Assembly: GCA_002104905.1 (NCBI GenBank)
Contig: MCFE01000090.1
Span: 62,001 to 126,000, forward strand
Reading direction: 5' to 3'
Origin: Basidiobolus meristosporus CBS 931.73
Lineage: Eukaryota; Fungi; Basidiobolomycota
Length of the DNA: 64,000 nt
Shown here piece after piece: positions 37,391 to 51,750 of the stretch. The position numbers were made by a program, and so were the translations under genes. Under the pieces are notes generated by a model, which ran no database searches, was not told where the DNA came from, and worked only from the letters and a program-made list of their open reading frames with translations. Each line of letters starts with the position of its first letter. The stretch's first letter is position 1.

Positions 37391-40142
37391 TTAATAATGC
37401 ATGTGATTGTTATTTGGTTGATGAGATGGAATCTGTGGACATATCAACTATAAATGAAGATGTGGTAGTTAACCTCCCAGATAGCATGACAGGCAAGTTT
37501 CTGGGCCTTGTATTAGACCCAGAGTTCAGAACCAAAGTTTTGACCATAAATTATTTATTTGGAATGCTCCAGGATGAAGAGTCAAGAAAAGCCTGTGCTA
37601 ATAAGTAGGAAAAAGAAAATACCCTTACAAGCAGGTGTAACCAACAAAGAAGATACACAAGTCCCTTTGACAGCAGCAGCAACCTTTTTGGCAACTACTA
37701 TAAAAGATAAGGACTCACTTCAGACTGTTGCTTCAAAAGGAGAGAATATGAGCAGAAATCCCCTGAATATGTAAATGATGTAACAGCCAAAGTCAGATTA
37801 TATTTGCACTAAATATGACCACAAGTGAGGATTTTTAGACATGGTGTAGTGACTTTTGAGCATCTCAATACTTTATGCATCACAAAGAACATTTCAGTCA
37901 GTTTCACAAAATTCTAATGAAGATTTTTGTGGGTGACAATAACACACTTGATGCAGTTAGAGAAGGAATTATCCAGGTAAGCACCAGGAGTAGTGAAGGA
38001 AGCTATACACCTACCTACAAAGCAGTGCCCTAAGTAATGTAAATAGACAAGAACCTACTCTAGGTATACAAGGCTACAGGAGAAGAACTCAACTTCAGTT
38101 TTGACAATTCTGGATGTGGGATCATAGATCAAAATGGCACCTGTATTGCTTTGGGTATCAGAGGCCAGAGCTTATATAAGTTGACTTATTATCCCATATA
38201 TCTGGAAGATATTATAAGTAACTTACAGTAGAAATACATATGCATTGGCACAGGAGATTTGGCCACTTCCACTTTGATTATTTGTGCAAAATTATCAAAG
38301 ATTAACTAACTCCTGGAGTAAGACTGATACCACAGCAAATTTGCTGCACTATGAAGCCTGCATATACAGAAACCAGCCACACAGCTGCTCCAGAGCTCTG
38401 GGTCAATCACAACAAAGAAGAGTTAGATCCAATCACTTAGATATGTATGGACCAATGCAAATGTTTCCTTATGTTGGATGCATAACTTGATCACTTTGAT
38501 TAATGTTTATACAAGATGCAGCTGGGTTTATTTATGTAAAGAAGACAAGAAGCTCTATCTAATTACAGGGAGTTTATAGCAATAGTGGAGAGAGAAACTG
38601 GTGAATAAATTTAGAAAATATGCTTGACAGTGGTGGAGAATATACCTAAAATCTCTTCATCCACTTTTGCAAAATTCTTTAAATAAAGCAAGAGACTACT
38701 GTCCCATACTTCCTACAGCACATGGCGCACTACAATGTGCAAACAATGCAATAGTTCATATGGCAAAATCTAGGATCAAAAATTATCCTGATTGTTGAGT
38801 AGAACCAGATGCTAGAGCTATGTATTTCTTAAGTTGAATTGTAGCAGAAGACATTGTGATTCTACCCCACTGAGGTGTGGATCAGATACAGACTAAGCAC
38901 AGATCATTTAAGAATATCTGGGTGCACTGTTGTGTATCAACATTTAAAACTTGGCCAATTTTACTTGGTAAGAAAGTCTATTACCCTACCAGATTTTCTT
39001 GACCCAAACAAAACTAATCCCACTTATGGTTTATTTCATCTCTTCTCAGAATCTATGATTTGTGGAAAAACTTGTGATTACACCTAAATACTCACCTAAC
39101 TTAGTCAATTAGATCATTACCTTCAAGTCCTAGGGAATACTGGCCAAGTTCCATGTTGGGATTTACTAAGAATATTTTCATCAAAATATCAGGTGCCCAG
39201 AACATGAAAATTCTCAAAGTTATCCAAACAGCCCCATACTTTGCACACAATCTCTTGGGCCCTTCTGTAGCCTATTCTACATGTTTGTAATGCCCAGATC
39301 ATGTTGAAGTATAAATACTACTTTTACATTCAATAAATCAATTAAGTGAAAGCCACATAATCTGCTTGTCCTTCCAAACAACTTAAAATATCTCCAAGAC
39401 TCATACTACAGGTTATAAGCCCCAAGATGTCACTCTCAGCAATGTTTACAACTGCTATTACTGGAACTTTTCCCTCTGCTACAAAGTTGGATGGATCTAA
39501 CTAAGATGAAGATGAAGATGCCGCTACAAGAAAGAGGCATTTGTGATATTGTCATGGGAGAAGAATGCCCTCCTAGAAATGTGGGAGAGGAGGCCTTAGA
39601 GTACCAGAAGATAGAACAAAGTGCCTTTAACTGCATTTGCCTTAATGCAAACAACAAATTGCTAATTCAATGCTCAAGAGCAAAAACAGCAAAGAATGCC
39701 TGGAAGGCATTGGAAGGAACCTACCACTCATGTTTAGCTGCTAAGAAAATGTATCTTAAACAAAGAACATTTACTACAAAGATGCTGCCAGGAGACAAAA
39801 TGAAAAATCTCAGTAACAAAATTACCCTGCTAGTGGATGAGATTGAATCTGTGGGCACACCAACTACTTATGAGGATGTGATAGTTACCATCATGAGTGG
39901 CCTGACAGACAAACTTCAGGGCCTTGTATCAGCCCCAGAGTCCAGAACTGAAGATTTGACCTTAAATACATATATATAAGGCTGCTGGATGAAGAATTAA
40001 GAAAATCAAGCACCTATAAGAAGGAACAAGAAAATTCTTTGTTAGCAGTGATAACCAACAATGGAGATACCCAATACTTTACAAAGGCAACAGTAACCTG
40101 TTTTGCAACTACTGCAAATGGAAAGCACACATATTAGACCGG

Positions 40143-40946
40143 TGTGGTAGGGTAAACATACCTCCCACAGACAAGTTTATTCATATAGCCATTATGATAT
40201 ACTTATCCATATTTTATCTTATCAGTATTATCCCATTCTTCTATTGCCCATGTTAACAGTATTATCCCCATATGATGTTTACCCTGATTAGTTATTAGCA
40301 TTAGTTATCCCAGATGTTATTCAGCTTTGTGATCAGTATATGTATCTACAAAAGGCAAGTACCCGCGCCAGTACCCGTGACACATGACCTAGGTCCGTGT
40401 TACCATCCCTACCATTTCAATACCATATATGGTATTTCTATGTTGCACAGGTTTCAGACTACTGATTCCTGATTGGTTGAATGTGCTATGCCTTTTAGAA
40501 CCTTCCAGGACATTCTTGGTATATTTTTAGCTCATAGTGATGTCATCAAGAATTCCACTGATTCCTAGAATCTTCTAGAACCTTATCATTAGTAATCACT
40601 TGGCATTCAGGAAAAGTACTCAAGGGAAAGCAATCCCTCATCTATAAATCATTCCTTCTATCAGTAACACTTCTCCCTTATTGATTAGCAGTTGATCACT
40701 GCACCTGCCTTCAACAGTACATCTCAGACCTGCCATCAAGGAGCTTTTCAGGGTAGTGCACAAGACACACAGAGGCCTTTGGAGACACTTGGAGCACCTA
40801 GTAAGCTAGAGAAGCAGGAGCTTTTACCATAGTGACATATTGACAAAGACACCTGCAGTTTAGACACAGGGATTATTGCACCCATCAGACACCTCACACA
40901 CTTTGAGTTGTGTAGCTTCTCCCAGGAGTACCTCTACACCACCACA
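40143..40946. repeat. Solo LTR D2 (804 bp), TSD CCGG/CCAG
   Basis: TGTGGT...ACCACA termini. Interrupts the gag knuckle of G1. Near-identical to 52803-53606. Confidence 0.92.
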
Positions 40947-43914
40947 CCAGTGCTTCAAGAAGAGTGATAGTCAGCAGAAAAGACTGAATATAATATACTG
41001 CAACAACTGAAGATGGACTAATCATATCTGCACAAAATATGACCATAAGCAAGGATTTGCTGATGTGGTATACTGATTCTGGAGCATCTCAACACTTTAT
41101 GCACCAAACAGAACTTTTTACCCAATACAAGAGATTCCAATTAAGAAGGTATTCATGGGTGAAAGTAGAAAATTTGATGCAGTGGGAGAAGGAACTATCC
41201 AAGTAATCCTTAGAAGCAGTGAACATACAAATACACAGACTTTCAAAGATGTACTCTATGTACCAGAAATAGCCAAGAACCTAATATCTGTAAGCAAAGC
41301 CATAGCAGAAGGACTCTGTTTCAGCTTTAACATTTCTGGATGAAGGATCACAGATCAAAATGGTGCCCAAATTGCTTTGGGCATCAGAGATCAGAATCTG
41401 CACAAGTTGACTTATATCAATCATATCTGGAAGCCAATATATGTAACCTAAATGAAGAAACACCAATTCTTTGGCACAGGAGATCTGGGCACATCAATTT
41501 TGATTATTTGCACAAAATGATCATAGATCAGCTAATTTTGGGAGTAAAAATTGATCCCCCAGCTGATATGGAGCACTGTGATGCCTGCATATATGGGAAA
41601 CAAGCCATACAACTGTTTAAGAGCACTGGGTTAGTCTGAACTAAGAAAAAATTAGATCTAACTCACTCAGATCAATGTGGACCTATGCAAAATTTATCCT
41701 TAGGTGGGATGAAGTATATAGTCACTTTTATGGATGATTATACTAGATACACATGGGTCTACTTCATGGAGAGAAAGGAAGAAGCTCTTCCTAAGTTCAG
41801 GGAGCTTAAAATCATGGTGGTGAGAGAAACTGGTGAAAAAATCAAGAAAATACACCCTGACACTGGTGGCAAATATACCTCTAACTCTTCATCCACTGCT
41901 GCAAAATTCATGGGATAAAGCAAGAAACAACTCTGCCATACTCCCCACAGCTAAATGGAGTAGCAGAACATGCAAACAGATTAATAAATGATATGGCAAG
42001 TTCTATGATCCATAGTCAGAAATTATCCTATGCTTTTTGGGCAAAATCAGTTGCCAGACCTGTATACCATAAAAACAGGAGTGATAACAGAATTCTTTGT
42101 GATTCTACACTATTTAAAGCATGGGATGGATACAGACCAAGTGCACAACATCTAAGAATACATGGGTGTACAGTATATCCCAGGAAACTGCCTAGAAATC
42201 AGTCAGTATTTGAGCCCAAAAGTGTAAAATGCATATTGTTGGGCTACTGCAATGAGAATAAAGCATACAGACTACAAAATACCAAAGCAAAGAAGCTAAT
42301 CAAGCTCAGAGATGTTTTGGTTGAAAAAAATTCAAACTTTTGCAAAAAATGACATCAGATGATGACAAAAATTGGATCTCAAGTCCACCAATTGTTAGAT
42401 TTGAATCAGAGCCTAACAGTAAGAGTTTTTTCACTCAGAGAACTCAATATCCATGGTTCAGCCTGAATCAGTGTCCAGGAATATCTCAGAAGGGATCATT
42501 ACAGTATCAAATGCCTGGAGATCCAATTGGACAAGTAAGGGCCCAATTTATTATATCAATGAGGGTACAAACTTAGCCTATGCTTATTCAGTCCATATTG
42601 GTGAATTCCAGACTGTAAAAGAGGCCCTAAATAGCCCTCAGACAACGCTCTGGAGATCTGCAATGACTGAGGAACATCAGGCTCTGATGGAAATCCAACT
42701 TGGGGCTTAGTCATATTACCAATCAACTGAAAATCAATTGGATGCAGATGGGTCTTTAAGTCCAAGTATAAGGCTGATGGTAAAATTGAAAAATGCAAAG
42801 CAAGACTTGTGGCCAAAGAATGCTCTCAAATAAAAGGACTTGACTATACTGAGACCTTTGCACTGGTAGCCAAGTTTAATTCCATCACATTGATATTGGC
42901 TATTGCAGCCAAATATAAGTTTTTTATTCATCATATGGATGTAAAAACCACATTTTTGAATGAAGAACTTGATAAGAATGTGTATATGGACCAGCTGAAT
43001 GGGTTTGCTGACCAAGATAACCCCCATTTGGTCTGGAAGTGTGAAAACCTCTATATGATCTGAGACTATCACCAAGTGCCTGGAACTGCAAGATAGATTC
43101 TTATCTGGAATCTTTGAGTTTCAAAATGAGTAATGCTGACTCTAGTATATACTATAAGCCAGAGAGAGCAAATCCAGTTCTATTAGCTCCATATGTTGAC
43201 AATGTTATTATAGCCACCAATAACCTAGCAATATTGGAAGAGACTAAATCCAGCCTATCTAAGGTGTTCAAGATGGCCAATCTAGGAGAACTCAGTTACT
43301 ACTTATGGATTAAGTTCTCCATAGACAGAAGTACCCAGACTATTACCCTAAGCCAATCCAAGTATATTCAAGATATACTAAAGAAGTACCAAATGGAAGA
43401 CTGTTAACTAGCATCTACCTTAATGGAGACAAACCTTAACTTGGTCAAAACTCAACCAAATCAAGAGAGCTTGGTGCAATCTGAAAGCCCTGACTTTCCT
43501 TATCAATCTATGGTTGACAGTCTGATGTATATTATGCTTGGAACCCGTCCAGATATCTCATATTCAGTGGCAGTTGTCAGCCTACATAATTAGAACTATG
43601 GATCTGATCATATTGCAGCAGTTAAGGGGATTTTTAGATACCTAAAAGGAACTGCTGATATCTGCTTAAGATACACTTATAAGGACTCAGAACAGGATCT
43701 TGTGGGATACTCTGATGCTGCTTGGGGACAAAATTTGGTAGACAGAAGATCCACCACAGGATACACCTCTTGTAACTGTAAAGGAGCAATTTCATGGAAT
43801 TCAAGTAAGCAACCAACCATAGCACATTCTACCACAGAGGCAGAGTATATGGCAGCCTTTGAAGCTACAAAAGATGCAATGTGCTTAAGAAAGCATTTAC
43901 AGATTTAGGCCTAT

Positions 43915-44577
43915 TGTTGTATCCAAGAGAAAACTGTAATAAAACTCTTGAATGAGTTAACCAAACCTAAGTGATAATTAAGTGAAGAATCCTAGAATTT
44001 TCAAGGGTAACAGAAATAGTAGCAGAGAAGTTCTGGTCTAATATTGGTTTTGTATATAATTGAGTTGGGCTATAAAGGCAACAGAGTTGGTTTGCTATAC
44101 AGGCTAGGCTTGGGTGGAAACTAGAACAGAATTGTTGAATTCTTAATTTTGCTGAAGCACAATTTTAATTTCATTGATGCACACACTAAACCAAAATGTT
44201 CTGTAAACTTTATTTATACTTTCTGATTGAGTTGCATTAGTAAGTGCCAAGAGACTGGACTAATCAAAATCTGTTGGGGTGCTGATAGGTGCATAAGATA
44301 AATTAAAATTGCATCATTGATCAGCTGATGTCTTGGCAACTGCTATGCAGTTGGATAAATCTGAGATAACTAGTCACTTGGAAAGGCTTAGCAGATCAGT
44401 TGAGGATATAATGACCATAAGAAATTGATCATGTGTGACAGCTAAAAATACATTCTGAGAAGTGATAAAATATACCATAACAGGGATTAGTTATGTTTGG
44501 GTTAGGGAAGATCAGTTAGGGTACTAGATTTTCCAATGGAGTGAAATTGGCCAAGTTTTAAATGTTGATGCGCAACA
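43915..44577. repeat. Solo LTR H1 (663 bp), 5-bp TSD CCTAT
   Basis: TGTTG...CAACA termini, with CCTAT at 43910-14 and 44578-82. Interrupts the RNase H of G1. Confidence 0.92.
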
Positions 44578-46427
44578 CCTATGTCAAAAAATGCCTATTA
44601 CTTTATTTCAAGATAATCAAGGATGAATACAGTTAGGTAGAAATCTAACTTTTATGCTAGAACCAATCACATAGATATTAGACATCATCTCATATGTGAA
44701 ACTATAGAGAAAAGCTTAGTTAGCTTAGGTTACTGTCCTTCAGTTAAATAATTGCAGACATATTTGCCAAACCATTAGCTAAAGATAAGTTTGAATATCT
44801 TAGGTCAAAATTAGGACTAGTCATTATGAACATTTAGCTGAGTGGATGTGTTGCACAGATTTATAATTCCACCTAAATATACACCTAACTTAGTCACTTA
44901 GATATTATCTTCAAATCCTAGGTAACACTGACCAAATTCCTTGTTGGGACTTACTTAGAATACTTTCACCAAAATATCAGATACCCAGAACATGAAAATT
45001 CTTAAGGTTATCCAGATAGCCCCAAACTTTGCACATATGTTTTTGGGACCTTCTTCAATCTATTCTACAAGTTTGTATTGCCTAGACCATGTAAAAGTAT
45101 TAATATTAGTTTTACATTCCATTATGCAATTAAGTGAAAACCACATATTCTACTTGTCCTCCAAAATCACTTTCAACATCTCTAAGACTCTTACAACATG
45201 ATTAGCTGTCACACTTAATCAATATTTATATGGTCATTATGTCTTTAACCTAATTGGCTATGCCTTCTCTAGGTGATTAGTCATCTGAGAACTATCCAAC
45301 CACTTAGCAGTTGCCAAGACACCAGCTGTTTGATGATGGAATTTACATTATCTTATGCACCTATCAACCCCCAAACTAATTCCATTTGATCCAGTCTCTT
45401 GGCACTTACTAATTAAACTTGATCACAAAAGTGTAAATAAAGTTTACGGAACCTTTTGATTTAGTGTGTGTTTCAGCAAAATTGATATTGTGTCTGAGTA
45501 AAGATAAGAAATCAACAGTTCTGTTCTAGTTTCCACCCTAGCCTAGCATATCTAGCACTCCTAAGCACACCAAGCCTAACCTGCATAGCAAACCAACTCT
45601 GTTGCCTTTATAGCCAAACCCAGCTTTATACAATACTAATATTAGACCATAACCTCTCTGCTAATATTTCTGCCACTCTCTGACAATTTTAAGACTCTGC
45701 ACTTAAATGTCCCTATAGCTTAGTAAAGCCATTCAAGAGTTTTATTACACTTTAACCTGGATACAACATGAACTGCACTTACCAAGCAGCTGCCTAGAAA
45801 TCAGTCAAACTTTGAGCCAAAAGGTGTAAAGGTATACTTTTGGGCTTCTGCAATGAGAGTAATGCATAGAGACTCTACAATACCTCAGCAAAAAAGCTGA
45901 TTCAATCTAGGGATGTGCCTTTTAATGAAAATTCAAACTTTCACAAAATATTTTATCATATAATAATAGAGATGTGAATTCTAGTCCACCAACAATCAGT
46001 ATTGAATTAGCACAAGACAATAGAGACATTTCACTTCACAGTGCTTTACATTAATGATTAAGCCTGAATTAGTGCCCAGGAATATGCCAGAAGTGATCAT
46101 TCAAGTATTACAAGGCAGAATATCCAAACATGCCAGAAATAGCCTAAATTACAATATCAATCAGGGTTCAAACTTGGCCTATGTTTATTCAGTCCATATT
46201 GATGAGCCCCCAACTGTAAAGAGGCCCCATGTGGCCCTTAGACAAAGCTTTGGAGATCTGCAATTATTCAGGAGTATCAGGCCATGATGGAAAATCAAAT
46301 TTGGGACTTGGTCAAATTACCAACCAACCAAAAATCAATATGGATACTGATGGGTCTTTAAGACAAAATACAAAGCTGATGGTACAATTGAAAGATATAA
46401 AGCATAGCTTGTGGCCAAGTGATATTC

Positions 46428-47667
46428 TGTTGTGTTGTATTATGATTGATTTGGGGCTTGTTCTACAATGTAGAGGCTAATCAACAATATACAACAACTT
46501 CCAGTATGCTAATACTGAAATAGGTTATTGGGAGTTTGATATACCAATAGAAGATATAACTTTCACTCATTTCCTCAATCTTGGGCTCAAAATATACTGT
46601 AGGCAGTGTTTATCACTTCTACAGCAGTGTTCTGACCTTCTGTCAACTAATGGGCTTATTTACTTTTATAGTAACTTTTCCTTATTTGGAAGTCACTTTC
46701 CTTTATAAGAAAATATTTCCTAATGTGGAAATTCTGAACTCCCCTTTAACCTAAAGGGGTGTATTGTAGAAGTCTCTAAAGGGGTCTTTAGACCTAAAGG
46801 GGTGTCTAAAGGGGTGTCTTTAGAGTAAAGGGGCTTCTTGTAGTGGTCTCTAAAGTGAACTTTACACTAAAGGGGTGCCTAAAGAACTTCTTTAGAGTAA
46901 AGGGGTTTCTTAAAGGGGTCTCTAAAGGGGTCTTTAGACAAAAGGGGTGTCTAAAGGGGTGTCTTTAGAGTAAAGGGGTTTCTTAGAGGGGACTTTTCCA
47001 ACAGAAAAGTGGTAGTTTCTTGTAGAACTTAGATTGGATTCTTGTGAGCTTTGCAGTCTCTTTACTGATGTAGTACTGATCAAATTCAGAATACTCAACA
47101 GTGCAAGTGATGCAGGGGAAGTCTTATAACCTTTAAACTTGTAATTGTAGTGTGGAGATTCTGGAAAGAGAGGCTCTCTTTATATTTCAGCTGGGGAAGT
47201 CATATATATGAAAATTTTGAAGGATCAAAGTTTTTGGGCAATTGCGCAAGCAATACACGTGATACAAAGCTAAAATTTTGCAGTGGCGCAGATTGGACAT
47301 AGGCGCAGCACCTGTAAAAATATCACGTGATTTGATTGGCTGGTTTGAAAGTTACATACAATCAAAGTCACCATAGTAATCCTAGCAATAAGGCATAGTA
47401 TATATAATAGTTGGACTTTTTTGGTCATAACTCCTTAAGTACTGCTTCAAATGAGCTGTAATTTGAAACATGTGTTGACTACTACGTGTTCTGTATGACA
47501 TAATATTCTTGGGTGGATTGCTTGTCAGGGTCTGGAGCATTTGTTCTTCAAAGTTGGAAATTCTTGATCTTTCACTTGTGTGTTACAATAGCAAAAAGCA
47601 AAATAAAGAAATGAGTGCAATATTGGTTTAGAGATATTGTAGTAATGGAATACTTTCCATTACCACA
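46428..47667. repeat. Solo LTR E2 (1240 bp), 4-bp TSD ATTC
   Basis: ATTC at 46424-27 and 47668-71. Interrupts the copia RT motif VAK.YSQ..GLDY. It carries a TAAAGGGG array at 46752-46991 with 11 perfect copies. Confidence 0.93.
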
Positions 47668-47754
47668 ATTCTCAAACAAAAGGACTAGACTACACTGAAA
47701 CCTTTACAGGTAGCTATGTTTAATTCAATCAGACTGATAATGGCTGGCCCCATG

Positions 47755-48290
47755 AACAATAATTGTGATGATCCTGACAAAAGGCCACCAGAAAATAAAA
47801 ATACTATGACTAAGAGGTATTGATCCCATCAGAGCACCATGCAGAGGTCATTGAAAAATAATTGCACACCTGATTTCACAAAAAATGTAGTCAAAATGTC
47901 TCATTGCAACAATGAATAAGTGGCTTCTGATTGGTCCTCTGCCAATTCTCTTACTTTTCAGTCCCAGACACTCAATCATCTCCTACATCTGTGTACATTG
48001 ATTGGCTATTACCTCTTTTCCACACTCCTTACTTCTTGACTCAACTAATTTACTTACTTTTCATGCATACAAATTGAATTATTTCAATTGACACTACAGT
48101 TGTACCTATATTACCAATTGTATTGACCTATACAAGTCCCTGCACCCAGCACTAACATTAAGCCCAATCCCACACTCAACAAGTAACTCCATTTAAATCC
48201 ACCATTCAATGAGAATTTCTGCTGTAACACCATTTTTCCATGGCTTTATGGCGCTGTTTATTCACTTGTTCTCATATGCCCTGTTTTTCC
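47755..48290 (-). repeat. Family R fragment (the segment seen at 11130-11680), inverted
   Basis: The reverse complement matches 11130-11670 (CATAAAGCCAT...TTTGTATGCATGAAAAGTAAG...ACCAATCA.AAGCCACTTAT...TGCAATTATTTTTCAA). Confidence 0.75.
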
Positions 48291-51200
48291 GCTGCATTAC
48301 TTATAGTGCAGCTAAATATATGTTTTTTATTCATCAAATATATTCAAAACTACATTTTTAGTGGAGCACCTGATGAGCATGTGTACCTGAACCAGCCTGA
48401 TGGGCATATTAACCATGATACCCCCCCCCACTTTTTCTGCAAGCTTTAAAAATCTCTAAATGGTCTAAAAACAATCACAGAGAGCTGCAAATTGCAAGAT
48501 AGACTCTTATTTGTAATATTTGGGTTTCCAAAGTAGTAATACTGACTAAAGAATATACTACAAGCCAGATAATGCAAGTCTAGTTCTATTAACTCAATAT
48601 GTGGATGATCTTAATATAGCCACTAATGACCAATATACCTGGAAGTGACTAGATCTGATCTGTCTAAGGAGCTCAAGATGTCTAATCTAGGAGAACTCAG
48701 TGACTACTTAGGAATAAAGCTTACCAAGAACAGAAGTACACAGACTATCACTCTAAACAAGTCCAAGTATGTTCAAGATATACTTATGTAGTGCTAAATG
48801 GAAGACAGTTAACTGGAAGCTACCCCAATGAAGACAAATCTTGACTTGGTCAAAGCTGCTAGTAGGTTCTTAAGGTACATCTGTGAGAATTCAGAGCTGG
48901 ATCTTGTAGGATACTCTGATTCTGACTGTGGACAAAGTTTAGAAAACATAAGATCTACCACAGAATACACCATTTGTTACTGTAATTGAGCAATTTCATG
49001 AAATCATGAAATCAACCAACTGTAGCATGTTTCACCACAGAGGCAGGGTATGTGGCAGCCTGTGAAGCTACAGAAGAAGCAATATGCTTAAGAAAGCTTT
49101 TTAAAGACTTAAACTTATGTCAAAAAGTGCTTATTATTTTATTTCAAGATAATCAAGGATGTGTACTATTAGGTAGAATTCAAGCTTTTCATGATAGAAC
49201 TAAGCACATGACTCTCTGACATCATTTCATATGTGAAGCTATGGAGAGCAACTAAGTTACTTAGCTTACTGCCCAACAGATGCAATGATTGCAGACATAT
49301 TTACCAATCCATTAGCTAGAGACAAATATCAATATCTTAGGTCACAATTAGGACTAGTCAGTATGAACATTTAGTTGGGTGGGAGTGTTGTGAAGATTTG
49401 TAGTCCCACCTAAACACTTGCCTAACTTAGTCACTTAGATCATTGCCTACAAATCCTAGTGAATACTGACCAAATTTCTTTTTGGGATTTGATAGGGATA
49501 TTTTCACCAAATCACCAGGTACCCAAAACATAAAAATTCTCAAGGTTGTTCAAACTGCCCCAAACCTTTCACACATGCTTTTAAGACCTTCCTAGACATG
49601 TTCTACATGCCTGTGATGCCAGGACTATGTAAAAATATAACTACTACCTACATATTTAATATATCTTTAAGTGAAAACCAGATAACAAGCTTGTTCCACC
49701 AATCACTTCTAATATGTCCAAAATCCTTACAACATTTACCAGTACGTTGTTGTAAAAATCTGTAATTCCACCTAAGTATTCACCTAACTTAGTCACTTAG
49801 ATCATTACCCTCAAATCCTAGCAAATACTGACCAAATTCCTTACTGGGATTTACTTAGAATATTCTCACCAAAATACCAGGTACCCAGAACATGAAAATT
49901 CTCAAAGTTGCCCAAACAGCCCCAAACTTGGCACATATGTTCTTGAAACCTTCCTTAATCTATCCTATCTGCTTGCTATGCCAAGACCATGTAAATGTAT
50001 AAATACTACTTGTACATTCAATAAATCATTAAGTGAAAACCACATAATCTGCTTGTCCTCTCAATCACTTCCAATATCTTGAAGACTCTTACCACATGTT
50101 ATGAGCCCCAAGCTGTCACTCTCTGGAATTTCTACAGCTGCTATTACTGGATTTTTTCCTTCTACTGAAAAGTTGGATGGATCTAACTACCATGTGTGGA
50201 AGGTGTAGTTGAAGATGCTGCTACAAGAAAGAGGCCCTTGGGATATTTTCATGGGAGAAGAATGCCCTCCTAGAAATGTGGGAGAGGAAGCCTCAAAGTA
50301 CCAGAAGAAAGAACAAAGTGCCTTTAACTGCATTTGCCGTAATGTTAAGACAAATTGCTAATTCAATGCTCAATAATTCAATGCTCAAGAGCAAAAACAG
50401 CAAAGAATGCCTGGAAGGCATTAGAAGATGCCTACTAATCATGTGCAGCTGCTAGGAAAATGTATCTGAGACAAAATTCTTTACTACAAAGATGCTGCTA
50501 GGAGAAGATATGATAAATCTAATATACAGAATTACCTGGCAGGTAGATGAAATGGAATCTCTGAGTGTACCAACTACCTATTAGGATGTGAAAGTTATCA
50601 TCCTGAATAGCCTGACAGACAAGCTTCAGGGCCTTGTATCAGCCCTAGAGTCCAGAACTGAAGATTTGACCTTAAATTATGCATATGGAAGGCTTCTGGA
50701 TGAAGAATTAAAAAATCAAGCGCCAATAAGAAGGAAGAAGAAAATGCTTCAATAAGCAATGATAACCAACAAAGGAGGTACCCAGGACCCTACAAAGGCA
50801 ACAGCAACCTGTTTTGTAACTACTGCAAAAGCAAAGGACACACATCAGACTAGTGTCTCAAAAAGAGAGATAACCAGCAAAAGAAGCCTGAATATGGAAA
50901 TGCTGCAACAACTGACAATAGACCATTCATATCTGTACTAAATATGACCACAAACAAGGATTCTCAGATTTGGTATATTGACTGTGGAGCATCTCAACAC
51001 TTTACACACCAAAAAGAACTTTTTACCCAATATCAAGAAATTCCAATTAGGAAGGCTTTCATGGGTGACAATAGAACACTGATGCAGTGGGAGAAGGAAC
51101 TATCCAAGTAAGCCTAAGAAGCAGTAAAGGAAGCCATACACAGACCTTTAAAGAAGTACTTTATGTACCAGAAATAGCCAAAAACCCACTATCTGTAAGC

Positions 51201-51750
51201 AAGGTCACAACAGAAGGACTCAGCTTCAGCATTGACAATTGTGGATGCAAGATCACTGATCAAAATGGTGCCCATATTGCTTTGGGTATCAGAGATCAGA
51301 ATCTATACAAGTTGAATTATATGCCATTATGTTTGGAGGCCAATATAAATAACTTAAATGAAGAAACACCAATGCTTGGGCACAGGAGATTTGGGCACAT
51401 CAATTTTGATTATATGCGCAAAATGATCAAAGATCAGCTAATTTCTGGAGTAAAAGTTCATCCCCCAGCTAATTTGGAGCACTGTGAAGCCTGCATATAT
51501 GGGAAACAAGCCAGACAACTGTTCAAGAGCTCTGGGTTAATCAATGCTAAGAGAAAATTTGATATAATTCTCTCAGACCTGTGTGGACCTATGCAAAATT
51601 TATCCCTAGGTGGGATGAAGTATTAAGTCACTTTTATTGATAATTATACAAGATACATATGAGTCTACTTCATGGTGAGAAAGGAAGAAGCTCTGTCTAA
51701 GTTCAGGGAGCTTAAAGCCATGGTGGAGAGAGAAACTGGTGAAAAAATCA

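Larger units (their letters stand above)
39061..45198 (+). mobile_element. Ty1/copia element G1, full-length but decayed, 5-bp TSD TGATT
   Basis: 350-bp LTRs at 39061-39410 and 44849-45198, with TGATT at 39056-60 and 45199-203. PBS GGTTATAAGCCCC at 39411. gag 39491-39979, then PR/IN/RT/RNase H fragments at 41000-44840. Confidence 0.9.
38928..45768. repeat. Solo LTR H2, split in two (38928-39060 and 45204-45768) by copia G1
   Basis: TGTTG...CAACA termini and TSD TGCAC/TGAAC. The joined halves are the reverse complement of 43915-44577. Confidence 0.8.
37400..49734 (+). mobile_element. Old Ty1/copia element G0 (5'-truncated), host of several nested insertions
   Basis: gag/PR/IN relics at 37400-38927, resuming at 45769-46427, 47672-47750 and 48360-49385. 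PPT GTTGGGTGGGAG, then 3' LTR 49386-49734 (TGTTG...CAACA). Confidence 0.75.

Noticed and set aside
31865-47000. CRISPR-like repeat-spacer array
   Set aside because: The units are 8-12 bp with short, related spacers. The context is eukaryotic and there are no cas genes.
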